63,048 nucleotides of DNA, filler included, from Globobulimina sp. (GCA_003354225.1; 31 parts of 31 records of this genome joined end to end with filler, not necessarily neighbours in it); one strand, 5' to 3'; shown: positions 34,702 to 48,999, counted from the first letter of the whole stretch. The notes: generated from the sequence alone by a model not told the origin. Translations and numbers: made by a program.

Positions 34702-36576
34702 ATGTTAAACAGTTCAAATCGATACATATGTTTATTCAGATCAAGAATAGTGCATAATTTTGTCAATATTCAACGATATTGCACAGCAATACAAAAACAG
34801 ACGATATCAAATGAATTAACCCCAGCAAACAATTTATATGACAAACATTTATCAGAATGGAGTGTCAACGATGTCATTATCTGGTTATCACGCATAGAGA
34901 ATGGAGTATATTCAAACTATATAAACTGTTTTGAAAATCAAAGAATTGATGGTTTAACATTGCAATACCTGTCGGAAAATGATTTAAATGATTTAGGGAT
35001 TACAATAATGGGCGATCGGAAACATATTATGCATTCTTTGCATAAACTATTCAGATTTTATGATATTAATATGAACTCAGCCATGAATGTAATGGAAACT
35101 GACAATGTCAATGACACCGCCAATGATATAGCTGTACATATCGGAGACACCAAAACAGACGAAATCATAAAAGCAGATATCGATAGTGACACATTACAAT
35201 TACAACTATTTGATGCAAATTATGAATTACCGCAAGTTGCTACCAACTCGATTACAGATAATAATATGGCGGAGAATATATTACGCGTCGAATACGACTG
35301 TCCGTGGTCAACGGATCGATTTCATGAACATTTTAATAAAACAATCAGTGAATTATTTTTGTCCCAGCCCGAGATCTGTGACTGTATCGACATAGATATT
35401 GATGATAGAAAGCATAGTTTGATATTGCATGGTAATTTTATGCAATTATCTGATTTTTTGAAGCATATTTATCAATTAAATAATTGTCCGACAATCTCCG
35501 TCTTGCCGCGAATATCGCATTTCTTAATGGATTGTGGCGAATTGCAGCGGATTTGTAAGTTATTAGCGGTGATACCATTCATTTGCGACACCGGCAAGTT
35601 ATCGTTTTATTCATCCACAAACATAATATATGCAAAAGAAGCCTGTGATGGAATCAAATCATTGTTGAAAACATTTGATTGTAGCTACATATTTGGCTCA
35701 CCACATACGTCAATTATTGGTACTTTGTTAAGTATGGATTATACAAAAACGTTATTTATAAATTATTTAACGCGTTACGGGTATATACAATTTTGGAATC
35801 GCGGACATTCAATATTTCATGAAAATGATTATAAATTTACAAGACAGATATATAAGAATAATATCTACCATTTATTATTGGTTAAGTCCTTCAGTCAGTC
35901 CATGGACACTGTCGATAAAATGCATCAAACTATCAATGATTTGGCATCACAGGTAAGCATTTGCACTGTTACTACACTGTTTTTTTAGTGAAAAAACTTT
36001 TGCAAAGTGGCCATGTCTTCAATGTGCTCCATTCAATATACATAGAACAGTGAGTATCGATCATCTGATATTGGTTTGATTGGATTTGTGCTCAACCAAT
36101 ATAAAAACAGCTTTATTCAAACCTTGCAAGACAAACATAATGTGTATATTGGTGGATGTTTGCATTCCAAAACAGTGTATGTTTGTGGCGGGAAAGACGC
36201 GCAAATACGACAAGAAATCTTATCTGAACTCTGTGATAAATCCATATTATCAAAACTAGCATATTGCAAATTGAATGACACTAATTTTAAACAATACATA
36301 TTTAATTGCAGCTCATTAGCACATTTCCGAGCAGTCAAGAAATTATATAACAAACAAATGAAAATGCAATTTGTATACGACGATGATAACGAATTATATA
36401 TTGTGACACCGTCCATTCATGAGTCCGATTGTAAGCTATTTATAGAAAATGTATTGGAGCCATCGCTATTGACCATACAGACCAATAAAAACAATGTGTT
36501 GCACGAGTTTGAATATAAAACATTAATGTCGAAATTGAGCGATCCAAAAGATTTTTTAACACCGCATATCGCAGTG
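34702..36576 (+). CDS. SAM-domain protein with a mitochondrial-like presequence, 3' partial
   Basis: EWSVNDVIIWL..YINCFENQRIDGLTLQYLSENDLNDLGITIMGDRKHI is a canonical SAM domain. Intron ~35953-36044. Confidence 0.8.
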
Positions 36577-36676
36577 NNNNNNNNNNNNNNNNNNNNNNNN
36601 NNNNNNNNNNNNNNNNNNNNTTAATTAATTAANNNNNNNNNNNNNNNNNNNNNNNNNNNNNNNNNNNNNNNNNNNN

Positions 36677-37959
36677 GACAAATTCATGTTTATTTAAAGT
36701 GGTTGACCGAGAAAATGCAGGCCATTGACATGGATTGGACGGAATATATAAATAATCCGACTCGAATCGACGAAGAAACCTTCAAAACGGTGATATTGAC
36801 GGCGGCCTACAAGGACCGCGCCGACGTGGTGTTGACTGCGGAGATAATAAACTGTAATTATCAGAGCAATGAGGACGAATTGGAAAATAACATCCAACAG
36901 TTATTGTTTCTAAATACGACGGTCAATGTCAATGCCGTCCAGAAAGAGGAAGAGGAAAAGGAAGAGAAATACGATGAGGATGACGAAAATAAGAGATCTT
37001 CGGCAGAGTTGAACCGACTGCGTGCTTTGTGGCGGGGCGACGACTTAAAGCTTTTCAGCAAACAGTTATCGTGGATCTTTACGCGGTGCGCCATCATCGA
37101 CGTGGCGACGGATACCAATGCGTCTTGGTACCATATTTGCAAATTTACGCAAGGTTTCCGCGATGGCAGCATAGAGCGCCGAATCCGCCATGACATGAAT
37201 TTTCTTGACGGCAATCACCAAGTTTATCGCGACGAATTTGAGCAATTTAAAGCGACCTTAAAATGTCGCGGGGATGCCGCCATTTCGTTGTTTTATCAGA
37301 TTCGGCATTTTTGTGAGTCTATAAATTGGAGTCAGATATCTGAATTTTTGGAGTTTATCGAGATAAATCTGATCAATGTGGAGGATGCCATCGACGAAGA
37401 GGCGATGGGCGAGGACGAGGACCCGACTGTGGAGGAACTGATCCCTTTAATGAAGATCGCGTCGGAAGTGGACGGAAATTGGCTGTTTTCCATCGTGATC
37501 CAAAGACATAGCAATAAAGTGTCGTGGGTCGAGATTCGCGAATATTTAATCGATTGGAATGAAGCCCGCGACGAAGTCACAGAGTATTTTGATGAATTGG
37601 TTGAAAAAAGAGATCGCGTAAAATTAACTGAAAAAACATTGGATGACATTACAAATAAATTGAATAAAATCAAAGGATATTTCGATGATAATATTAATAC
37701 CACAAAAGATGAATTGTTAAAAAAAAACAAGGACGAATTGATTGAATTAATTATCAAATCACAATGGTATTACTCTGGAAAACAAGGTTTTAAACAATTA
37801 CAACAGGCTCAAAATCAGAATGATGACTCATTTTCTTTATTAACACCGAATTCGAAACATAAATCAAATAAAAAATCCATTGATCTCGATATTAGTCAGA
37901 GTAATAAATCAAAATCACGTATTTCTGGCATCAAAAAATTATTTCCATCAAAAAATTAA
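36677..37959 (+). CDS. Helical protein of unknown function, 5' partial
   Basis: ORF of more than 400 codons with coding-like composition. Confidence 0.7.
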
Positions 37960-38269
37960 CAAAATTATTCCTTTTTCTTCTGTTTTTTTGTTAATCTGTT
38001 TTCAGTTTTGGTTTGTTTGTAACTTTTGTTTTGTATATAACCGGCTTTTTGTATGTAACTTTTGTTTTTGTTTTGCTTGTTCTAGTCTATGCCTATGAGA
38101 TGAATAGCTAATAATTCGTCATCATTTACGGTCACCAAAAAACGGAGTAATTTAGACAGTACCGATCAAAAAAGTACATATTTACTTTTTAAAAACACTT
38201 TTACCGCTCTAACATATCAAAACAATATTGGGTATAGCATGTTTTGTGATCTTTGTACCGTTTTAGTCA

Positions 38270-38595
38270 GGTAAATGCTATATAAATGCTTTTATTTTGT
38301 CATATAAATGCTTTTTGGTATATAAACACTATATAAATATCATCGAAGTATAGGTAAATACCATATAAATACATGGATGGAGGTAAATGGCCTATGGTAA
38401 CTCAGAATTTCACCCCATCTACCATGCATTTACCTAAATAATTTCGAGGTAAATATGAGGTAAATGGTTTTGGAAATTCAAATTTGTATTTTTTAAAAAA
38501 AAAAAACATATAAATGGTATATAAATGGGTATGGTAAATGCTTTTTTTTTCAGAGGTAAATGCTTTTGTATTAGGTAAATGGGTAGGTAAATGAA
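38270..38595. repeat. Degenerate GGTAAAT/TATAAAT motif array
   Basis: More than 15 irregularly spaced copies, plus one inverted copy (CATTTACC). Confidence 0.7.
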
Positions 38596-38713
38596 ATAAT
38601 TTCAAATCAGCATNNNNNNNNNNNNNNNNNNNNNNNNNNNNNNNNNNNNNNNNNNNNTTAATTAATTAANNNNNNNNNNNNNNNNNNNNNNNNNNNNNNN
38701 NNNNNNNNNNNNN

Positions 38714-40161
38714 GTACAACCCAAAAATCTGTACATATATTGCAATCAGCACAGAACTTAAATGTACCATAACAACACAGTACATACCAAATTGCAGCGG
38801 CGCAAAGGCATATTTCTTAATATCCCCCATCAAATCAACCATATTCCGTGCAAAACTATGGAAATGTAACGTATATTTAGCAAAAGCATTCATTGAATCA
38901 CACAGTGTATTCGCTAATGAATGGTTGAAAGTTAATGGCGGCAAAATACGTCTGGCCAATAACTTTATTGCTTCGATCATAGTGTCTGCTGTTTTGCTCT
39001 CGTCATTGTCTGTGATGAATTTACAGAACTTATTGTCATTAATCCACCATTTGCGGACATCGTAATTGGTGGCAAATCTGTCATGCTCATATGACAATTT
39101 TTTAACTACATAATTCTGTCGATGTCCATTTATTCGTTGCCTGCTGAATAAGTCCAAAAACCAAATCAGTAATGGCAGCCTATTCACCATATCAATGGAT
39201 TTGGCAATAATCAACACATCGTCCTGTCCATTGTGGCCAACATCAGCGGCATGCTGATAAACAATGGAACAATATTCTTTTACTGCAGCTATTGTGGTCT
39301 TGTGTTGTTGCGGGATTTTGAAATTTACACTGCTGGGAGCTGTAACATCAAACTTTTTCCTTTTTGCACATTCCTCGCCTATGATTTTAACGATATTGTC
39401 TGCGATGAACGGTCGATCGCTATGCTGCAACTCGTGTGTTTCACGCTGAATGTTATCCAGTATTTGACTCTTATTTTGGTTTTGTAAATCTTGTGCGATT
39501 ATAAATGGATCGTGAAGCTGTGTATTTTGTTATGTTTTGGTGGTTGGAAGTTAAAAAAACAAACCATTTTCGGAACTCAAACCTGATTTTGTTGGGTAAG
39601 AAGTGCGAATGTTTTCGCAATGATGATATTTGCGACATTTCTGCTGAATTTGATGATAAATATATGTTGCATTCGATGTATGATTCTATCAAACAGTGAT
39701 ATTGGTTGTTTTTGATACTGTTTGATAAATTTGTCTGCTTTGTGTTGAACAATATGTTGAATACCGTTAGCTATGATATTTTGGGCGCGTTCTTTTTTTA
39801 AATTGATTTGTTTGTAGTCCATTTCTTGTGTGATGTATGCGATGATGTCGCTCGATTCTATGTCTTCGATGTCATCTTCAACGCACTCTGTGTCGTCAAA
39901 CTGTAATATATAGGATATGGAATAAAATAGGTTTGGAAGAAAAGGACAATATATGCAAACCCCTTCTATTTCTAAAATATTATTAAATAATTGCAAAATG
40001 TGACTGGCAATGATTGCATTGAATATGATGTTAAACACTTTGAGGATATCTTTGAATATGGGAGCAAATATTTTGTTGTTTGAAATCGAAGGAGGAATGG
40101 CCATTGTTGGTGGTTGGAGACATTGTTGTAATCGCGAATATTCATCGCGTTTTTGTTTCAT
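38714..40161 (-). CDS. Unknown protein(s): ORFs 39577-40161 and 38714-39430, possibly one disrupted gene
   Basis: Collinear long ORFs on the same strand in different frames. No domain recognised. Confidence 0.4.
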
Positions 40162-40750
40162 ATTTGTTAGGTTTAATTGTTCGAATAATACTATTTTACA
40201 GCAACAATTATCGTATCCATTGTGGATATCATCATAAATATCGTCCCATTCATCAAACTGTGGTATGTGACAAATGTGAGTTATGTGAGTTATGTGACAA
40301 AAATGTTATTTTAACCTGGTGTTTCACAAAATATTGCTTTAAATTAGCAGCTAGCTGAATACCTCGCTTTTTATTGTATTTAAGGCCAAATTCGTATTCG
40401 ATTCTTTTCTGTAATTGAGGGTAATTCGTGGGTTCTGAGGTCGTATTGCTTGCTTTTATCATGTTGCTTTGCATCGGCAACATAATTACATTTTGTTTTT
40501 TAGTGACTCCAAATTGTTTGCGTTTTTTTAAAAATCTTTAAATCATGGAAAACATAATCCGATTCCGGCTACTTTCCGCTAAATTATCGAAACATGAATT
40601 TAATTAATTTTTAACTCAATTAGCAAATGAAAAAAATATGATTTTAACTGNNNNNNNNNNNNNNNNNNNNNNNNNNNNNNNNNNNNNNNNNNNNTTAATT
40701 AATTAANNNNNNNNNNNNNNNNNNNNNNNNNNNNNNNNNNNNNNNNNNNN

Positions 40751-42509
40751 AATTGCGCAAAGAGTTCCATTTTTGTAATAATAATTGCGCCGCAAATTTA
40801 CGTTGATGTCTGATCGCCACTTCTGTGGATTTCATCCGTTCAGACTCCTTCAGCAATACATCATTCTCTTTGTATTTGGTGCATGAAAAATGAGAAAAAC
40901 AACCAATTTTTTCTTCCACAGTGGCTTCTTCCTCCAACAATTCAAACATGTCACTTCTGTTGAACATTAATGACAAATTAAATCTATTTATCAGTGTATG
41001 ATATGATTCATGGTTGTTTCTATGAAAATAATTTTTATAATAGGGCCATAACGAAGTGTCTTCGCCCAAATGTCTGCTCTCTAAGATGAATTTTCGTATA
41101 ATCTCCGCAAACCGAAACATTACACCTAAGGAGTCTCGATATTGTTCGCCATCCAACGATTGATACCATACAAATCGATGGTCATTATCGGTATCAGAAT
41201 CTACATTTTTTAAAGCCTGCTTTTTGACTTTGGCTTTGCGTAAAATGCGAGTTTTGGACAAGTTGTTTACTTTTTTTTTAAGTCCTTGCACTGTAGTCTT
41301 AGACATGGCGCCTTCGGCCTGATCCATAGCGACTTCGCCATCCAAGATTGGTGGCACTAAGAATCCTTCGTATAACAAAGCATCATTTTGCTCGTCGCGT
41401 ACTTCTCCTTCGTCAAAGGTTTGCGTATCAGCAGCTGATTTTGTCGCAGATATAAATGCTTTATATTGCGGTATGGTAACTAACTGATTCTCAACTTCGA
41501 TGTCAATTTGTTTGATTTTAACCGCGATGCACAATATAAACGACCAAAAATATAATCTCTGCGCTTTGGTGGACAATAAATAATTTTGCAACCAGTGGTT
41601 TATAAATACATTAGAACCGGCATAGTAAAATGATAATGAATTCTGGCCATCTTTCATTCTGCGAATATTGCGCGAAAAGGAGGTGCCTTCCGTGGTAATG
41701 GCAACTTGTTCCATATTTAATATAATATTTAAATCAAATTCAGATTCTATATCATTGGACGCATATAATCGCACAAAGCGAGCCATGTAGCCAATGGTAT
41801 TAAAATGTAACTCATTATCTTCCAACGCTGGTCGTAAATGCGTAATTTGTGCATTATTAAAACTATGATTATTTTTAGATGTTTTCGGCGAGTAAACATC
41901 AAATAACTTCCATGGATAATTAGTGTCGATATTGGATAAAAATATAGCTTCCAACTGTTTATGTAACAAATCTTGTTTATACGCATTAATTGCATCCGTT
42001 TTTAAATAGTCTTTAAATTGCTGATATTGTGCATGGTCATTGTCGTACCAATGCCATACAACACCCTTTTTATGATTGGTACGCGTATTATTTACATCTT
42101 TTGTGTCAAATCGCATGTAATATTTCTCCTTAATGCCTTTCTCGTCGATACTGCTGTCCTCGATCATGACAGTTTTATTTCTAATGGCAATTGCGTAGCA
42201 ATCTGTTTTTTTCGCACCATTCCACCACGTTAACTCATATAACGCTGCGCGATGACTGTCAGCCTCAATATCTTCCTCTTCATTCGGCTCGTAATGAATA
42301 TAGATATCGACTGCAAATTTAACGGGAATAAATTCGCCTTGGCAGTATATGACAGACAACACTGTCGGATCCTGCGTGGTCATATTTTGTAATTCTAATT
42401 GAAACGTTCTGGCTCGCTGCGATGTGGCTGTTCCATCGTTGACCCCGGCGGCCACAATTTTACCTTTCACCGATTTAGCATAATAATGTCGCAATAATTC
42501 AAATATCAC
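40751..42509 (-). CDS. Large protein fragment with a WWE-like segment
   Basis: ORF of more than 580 codons. VVWHWYDNDHAQYQQF..LNMEQV..FSRNIRR resembles WWE. Confidence 0.6.
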
Positions 42510-42787
42510 ATTTAAATGATCAACACCAACACCATTTTTCTCTACATTTTGCTGTGAAATATATTCATTATTTAATATCTCCCAAAAACCATACGAAGCA
42601 ATGGCATTTTGCTGTGCTTTCCGTAATAAATCGCCTTTGCTTTTCCTTTTCCACCACGACCACTCAAAACCATTCCTTTTCTTATCANNNNNNNNNNNNN
42701 NNNNNNNNNNNNNNNNNNNNNNNNNNNNNNNTTAATTAATTAANNNNNNNNNNNNNNNNNNNNNNNNNNNNNNNNNNNNNNNNNNNN

Positions 42788-43894
42788 AAATGTCCGCCAA
42801 CAACACCAGACACAATTATTTGTTGTCGAGCATTCGGTATAGGTTTACTTAAATGGATATGTCTCATATTTTTTCTACTTATCACGTTTTTAACTGTTTG
42901 GTATTGGTTACAGCCCGAACCAGCGGCTAAAAACCCACCACATTTTACTACAAATCATGTCGGAAGTTACGAAGTGTGCCATACCGCCTGGGCTCAATCG
43001 TATATAACAATCGTTGATTTCATTTATTTGGCGAAGGCGGCATCATTTATTAACTGGGAGGGCGAAATTGAAAATGAGGCAGTATTGACTCAATTTGATT
43101 TGTGGTTTGGTAATGAAACAGAAAGTGGCTGGGATTACAGTACTTTGTACATACATCCCCAACCCGGTTTTTTTCATATTAAAAACGAGAAACAAGAAAT
43201 TGATTTGTTGATTAATAGGCCGAGTGCCACCAATATGGACTTAATACAAGACCTACGATTGTATGGCGAAGCAGGTTTATTTCATTTATTTTCGTATGCT
43301 ATCCCATTATCTGACTTATTGCCAGTCTCATTCATCCGAGAATTTATTGCTTTTGCATCGATCCCAGAACGTTTATTATCGCCAACACTCCATCGTGAAT
43401 ATGATGATGTGGTTTATAATTATGTTACAAGTCATATTGCAAATAATACAAAATCAAAATATTTTGTGCAAGGCGGGCATAGCTTAGGTGCAGGTTTAAC
43501 GGATATTGTTGGTGCCCGATTGTATCATAATGGATATGGAGATAATATAAACAATTTTTCAATCATTAATTTTGGTTTAGGCTCACCGGGAACACTTTGG
43601 AGCAGTAAAAAGTTTGGATATTCGACAGAGGATCTTGATAAATCTACGTCGATACATTTAAAAGCAAGGAGAGATTTAATTGCTTCGCTCGTTGATATTC
43701 ATGGCGGCAATGGACAGGAAATAAGATGTATTCAACCAAATACAATGTCGTGTCATTTTTCTACAAATTATTTTTGTGAAATGTACCGATCGTGCAATAC
43801 AATAAATGCACAAACGGGAGAAAATATGTTCAGAAATAAAACATTTACTAAATGTGTTTGTGAGGACAAATTTGATTTTAAATATTGTTGGTGA
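42788..43894 (+). CDS. Lipase class 3 family protein, 5' partial
   Basis: QGGHSLGAG nucleophile elbow, FGLGSPG, RDLI and CHFS..CEMYRSC. Confidence 0.85.
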   Translation, partial: KCPPTTPDTIICCRAFGIGLLKWICLIFFLLITFLTVWYWLQPEPAAKNPPHFTTNHVGSYEVCHTAWAQSYITIVDFIYLAKAASFINWEGEIENEAVLTQFDLWFGNETESGWDYSTLYIHPQPGFFHIKNEKQEIDLLINRPSATNMDLIQDLRLYGEAGLFHLFSYAIPLSDLLPVSFIREFIAFASIPERLLSPTLHREYDDVVYNYVTSHIANNTKSKYFVQGGHSLGAGLTDIVGARLYHNGYGDNINNFSIINFGLGSPGTLWSSKKFGYSTEDLDKSTSIHLKARRDLIASLVDIHGGNGQEIRCIQPNTMSCHFSTNYFCEMYRSCNTINAQTGENMFRNKTFTKCVCEDKFDFKYCW

Positions 43895-44013
43895 GTTTCT
43901 TGTATTCATTTATTTATTTACTTTATTTATGTGTATGTTTTTTAGAAATATCTATCAATCAATAATGCTTCTACTAAAAAGAAAAAGTTTTTAAGTGTGG
44001 TTCAACAAAGCTA

Positions 44014-44724
44014 TTATTGCAATTCTAATAAACTTTTCCAAGTTTGCATATCCAACACAGTTCCTCGTTTCATATGTATTCTTCCTTTGGCATATAGAAC
44101 TGCCGAGGTTGTGTTATATTCACTTATTGCATCCTTAAAATCTTGTTCTGTACATTGCATCACATAATCAGACTCATGACAATCCTCTCTCGATATATTA
44201 AATATGATATATGCATAATCCACCATTACGTTTCTAACTATATTCTCAATATCATTCTTTCCTTTTTCTTTTTCCATTTTTAATTGCAACTCCTTACTAT
44301 ATCCTCTTTTTACTTCTCCGACGCTATCTCTCACTATAAATTGATACCATTTATCATAAAAATCATAACTAACATTATATAAATATCACAGATTCACAAT
44401 ATATACACATTAGTAATTATATATAAACATACCATATTTTTACATTTTTCCAATGTTGATTCATTTCTTCAATCTTCAGCCGCACGGTGGACATTGCCAT
44501 CAGTTGGTCCACGGGAACTGTCTGCAATGCCCAATCCACTCTTTTTCTGCTCGGCAGCAGATCCGCCGCAGGCAAGTCCTCCTCAACCGCCTGTGTAAGA
44601 TAATAATTCCGCCCATTCGCACTTATCATAAAACTCGCCATGCAGTTTAGCCCATCAATTCGAATATTTTTAGCCTTTTCAATGATATTATCCATATCCT
44701 CATCTTTTTTGTTCGCCTTTGCAT
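44014..44724 (-). CDS. Unknown protein, C-terminal exons
   Basis: ORFs 44417-44695 and 44014-44334 separated by an AT-rich intron-like gap. Confidence 0.55.
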
Positions 44725-44824
44725 NNNNNNNNNNNNNNNNNNNNNNNNNNNNNNNNNNNNNNNNNNNNTTAATTAATTAANNNNNNNNNNNNNNNNNNNN
44801 NNNNNNNNNNNNNNNNNNNNNNNN

Positions 44825-45942
44825 TGATGATATTAAAGCATACACATTTGAGACACGCTTTATTTCATTGAATACGAATGAAGCAAAAGCAATCACATTT
44901 TGCTATGAATATTATTCGACATTTAAAAGCTGCGAAATGGAAACAAATGGAAAAGAAAAAGGGATTGGTCTCAATTTATATTACGATGATGCAAATTACA
45001 AAAATAAATATGGTGAATATTTTGATTGGCGAATGGCTTTAAGTTCAAATAAAAAATATAATGTACACTTGGAACATTTAAATATTTTATCAAATAAAAT
45101 AAACCAAATAATAAATGAAATGGAGTGTGAGAATGGAATATTTGTGAAATTAAATCGTCGATCACCTAAAGATTCCGCGAATGAATCAATTAAAATGTTC
45201 GAAATGATGAAAAAACAGTTATCGCATAAATGTGGAAATAATTTTAAAACTGTAACAAATTCACAGATTATCGATTCATATTTTTATTCCGCAACAAAAT
45301 CGCTCTGTGTTTCGAATGGCGACGAAGCCATCGAATTATTTTCAAGAAGTTACCGGATTTGGAAAGATATCCAACTATCAATGTTAAAAGAAAATCGTTT
45401 TCTATCTGTAATTGTAAGAAAATGGGAGAATAATATCGACCCTTTATGGGAATTTAGACTATTTTTACGAAATCAGAAAGCAACGGCTCTCACTCAATAT
45501 AATCCAAACATTTATTCCCCACAAATGTATAAACTGAAGAAAGAAATCCAAGATTTAATATTGTGCAAATATAAGAAAATAGAGCCATTATTATCACATA
45601 AATTGCAATATTTTACCATGGATTTTGCTGTTATAATGAGAAAAGAATAAAGAATTGGAAAGCATTGTGATTGAAATAAATCCGGGACCGCCGGTGGCCG
45701 GCACTGCGTTATTTATTTGGGAGAATAGTACGGATCGATTGGTACTTAGTGGACAGAAACCATTTGAAACGAGGATTAATTGCTCATTCCATGACATTCA
45801 AAATTTAAATGATTTGCAACCAATTTTACCAGATTCTGTCATATATTTTGTTGAGCTTTTAAAAGGGAATAAAATGAATAAAACAGATCATCATCAACAA
45901 GACAGAAGGAATGATTTAAATCATTTTTGTGTTGTCCTATAA
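44825..45942 (+). CDS. Cdc123/D123-like ATP-grasp protein, 5' partial, 1-nt frameshift at ~45640-45650
   Basis: FVKLNRRSPKDS, FSRSYRIWKDI, VRKW..EFRLF, TALTQY and MDFAV, then IVIEINP..GTALF.W in the +1 frame. Confidence 0.85.
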
Positions 45943-46361
45943 TATAATTTATATTGTCATTGTTGTCTAACTATATTATAATTATTGTTATGAGTTTGGT
46001 CATAAACCTCCACTCGTTCGTTATATGCAATAAATAATTGCATAGCAACAAAACGTTCAACATCCACTTTTTACACCAACTTGCGGATAAGGTCGGCTAG
46101 CAACGAAATGATTTCGTTTTGAGATTTACGAGACAGTATTTATGTAAACAAACAAAGAAATAAATATAAATATAAATATAAGACTTAAAAAAAAACAAAC
46201 AAAACAAACTTTAAAACTACTTGCACAAACTCAAAAAAATTAGATCTGCTGTAAACTGCAAATATAATATATTTAATTTGGATAAAATATTGGACCTATA
46301 TTTGATTAAACATTCTAAATTAAAGATATATAATATGGAACTATATTGAGATATATATAAT

Positions 46362-46760
46362 TTATAAATTCAAAGCAGTGCTATTTTCATAACATCCATC
46401 CAATTCCAATTCATTTGTTGGTAATAACATGTCAACGGACATTTTCTCATTATAACGATCTCCGGCAACATTGTTTGGATCAGCACACAAAAAAGCATCT
46501 TCGTCCGATTCTCTGTCTTGTTTATCCATGTTTTTCCAGGAATATCTACAAATATTTGTACACATTGCAACAATAAAAAATATGTTGGCAATCGACAACA
46601 ACAACACGACGAGCGTAGCAAACAACACATCCACATTATCAAACACTATCTGTGTAATAAAGTTATAATCAGCAAATGTAAACGGCGGTATGTCAGTCGG
46701 TACAAATCCAGCACACGCATTCTCAGCAATAAATAAAGCAACAATAATGAAGGAAAACGA
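46362..46760 (-). CDS. C-terminal fragment of a membrane protein
   Basis: Hydrophobic helices followed by an acidic tail. Confidence 0.5.
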   Translation of the reverse strand, partial: SFSFIIVALFIAENACAGFVPTDIPPFTFADYNFITQIVFDNVDVLFATLVVLLLSIANIFFIVAMCTNICRYSWKNMDKQDRESDEDAFLCADPNNVAGDRYNEKMSVDMLLPTNELELDGCYENSTALNL

Positions 46761-46860
46761 NNNNNNNNNNNNNNNNNNNNNNNNNNNNNNNNNNNNNNNN
46801 NNNNTTAATTAATTAANNNNNNNNNNNNNNNNNNNNNNNNNNNNNNNNNNNNNNNNNNNN

Positions 46861-48796
46861 GCGACCTCCACAGAAATTATTCAGTAAGTCTGAGATTGAA
46901 ATCTATGAAGATGTGTCCAAAGCGCCCGAAGTGATGGGCACCGATAATATATTACAAACGCGCGTGATTCGATGGAGAGGGAAGAAGTATAAGAATGGCT
47001 GCCATTTAGTGACTACTCCAGTCAATCAGGTTGAATTTGATGTGACTGCGGCCCCGGAAGAAGTACAATTGCTGCGATCGAAAACTGGAGGTATGACGGA
47101 TATATATATTTAGTTTTTTATCCTGATGATCGTGCAAAAGGCCGCTCAAAAATCACATGTTTACAATGGTGTCCTTGACTGGATGGTACTTTGTAAATTG
47201 TAATACATTTTGCTCCGTAAAGTCCTAAGTTTCTCCCGTTTTTTTCTTCAAATAATGTGTGGGGAAAACGGATGGAACTCTACGGATGTGATTGATGGAG
47301 AATTTGCTTAACGAAGGTAACAAAACTGACTCATAACATTAGTTCTTTCCTTTTGAACAATGTTTGCATTGAAACAAGTTTCAAACAGCTTATTTTATTG
47401 AATCCGTTTCAAACATATTGCATGTTATTTATACAGATGATGATTGGGAAGATGATGGGGATGATGAATTAGACGGTGTGGCACCACCAATCATCCAAAA
47501 AACCTGCGAGTTTGTACGCGGCGATACGGTGAAAGTAGTCCGTGGCGCCATGACCAATTTAATTGGTGAGGTACTGACCACGCAACCGAATGCAGTGTCG
47601 GGTGGTATCACTGTCACCGTCTTGCCCCAGCACAGGTCCTTAATGGAAGCGATCATGTTCCCCAGCGACGAATTAATCAAATATTTCAGTGTGGGCTGTC
47701 ACGTCAAAGTCAAATCCGGCAAATTCAAAGACGAGACCGGCTTAATTATCTCCGTCGGCGACGACAACAGCAACGGCGACGGCGGCAACAACGAAGTAAT
47801 CATATTCAGCGACTTGACATCTCGCACCATCCGCGTCGATATCAACGACATAACAGAAACCAGCGAAGTGTCCACAGGCCGGGATGTTTTGGGCAACTAC
47901 GCCTTGTACGAATTGGTCCATTTATCGCGCGATGTCGTGGGCGTAATCGTATCGATTCAGAACGGCACATTCAAGATCTTGGACAACAAGGACCAAATTC
48001 AAACGTGCCGCTTACCAGACATTGCGCGGCATTCGCACGACCAACACGCGGTGGCTTTGGACATCGACAACAACCAAATCCGCATCGGCGACGTTATCAT
48101 CCCTCAAGTCGGCGATTTCAAGCAACAGCGGGCCACTGTCAAGCACGTCTACCGCTCGGTGCTATTCTGCCACACCAAGTCCTGCGCAGTCAACAGCGGC
48201 ATCTTCGTGGTGCGCTCGCGTCTGTGTCGCTTAGCGGGCTCCAAACTGCGCACTAACCACTCCTTACAGCAACAGATGAGCGGGCGGCCCGACACCAAAA
48301 ACGACCGTCGACTGCGCATCCTACACAAACACCGCTCCTCTCGCGATCCCTGGATGCACAAAACGGTCAAAATCAAGCGCGGCTGTTACAAGGGGATGAT
48401 CGGCATTGTCTGTGGCTGTACGGACAGCAAACTGAACATCGAATTGCATGCCAAATGCAAGAAGATCCAAATCAAGCGCGAGAATGTCAAAGTCATCAAC
48501 CAGGACGGCACCGACATCGACGATAATCCATACAGCAATATGCCGACATGGAACAACCAGAACAACGGCACGAACAGCAACCGATCGTCCTACAACAGCC
48601 AGAATGATGGTTATCGCAACCGGTCGCAGAATAATTACCGTCCGAACCGTATGCGCGCGGCCGAGACGCCGCTGGTTGGCGTCCATACGCCGGCCTATGC
48701 TCATGACAGTGGTATGAGTGATAATGTGGGCGTACAGACGCCGGCCATTGGCGGACAAACGCCGGCTATGGGCGGGCAGATTTGTGCTGCTTTCGC
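46861..48796 (+). CDS. SPT5: Transcription elongation factor Spt5, internal fragment
   Basis: Successive KOW motifs (FVRGDTVKVVRG, YFSVGCHVKVKSG..ETGLI, IRIGDVI, KTVKIKRGCYKGMIGIV) and C-terminal TPA repeats. Intron ~47092-47436. Confidence 0.93.
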
Positions 48797-48979
48797 NNNN
48801 NNNNNNNNNNNNNNNNNNNNNNNNNNNNNNNNNNNNNNNNTTAATTAATTAANNNNNNNNNNNNNNNNNNNNNNNNNNNNNNNNNNNNNNNNNNNNTAGT
48901 AAAAAAATGCGTGACATGTGCTCCAGAATATAAATATATTAGTAACTAATATATATATATTAGTACTAATATGCGTACC

Positions 48980-48999
48980 TCTTATCGGGAACACTACTG
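48980..48999. mobile_element. Right terminus of a CAGTAGT-TIR element (same family as 51464-51602)
   Basis: TCTTATCGGGAACACTACTG followed by TA, matching both TIRs of the element in the next contig. Confidence 0.7.
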
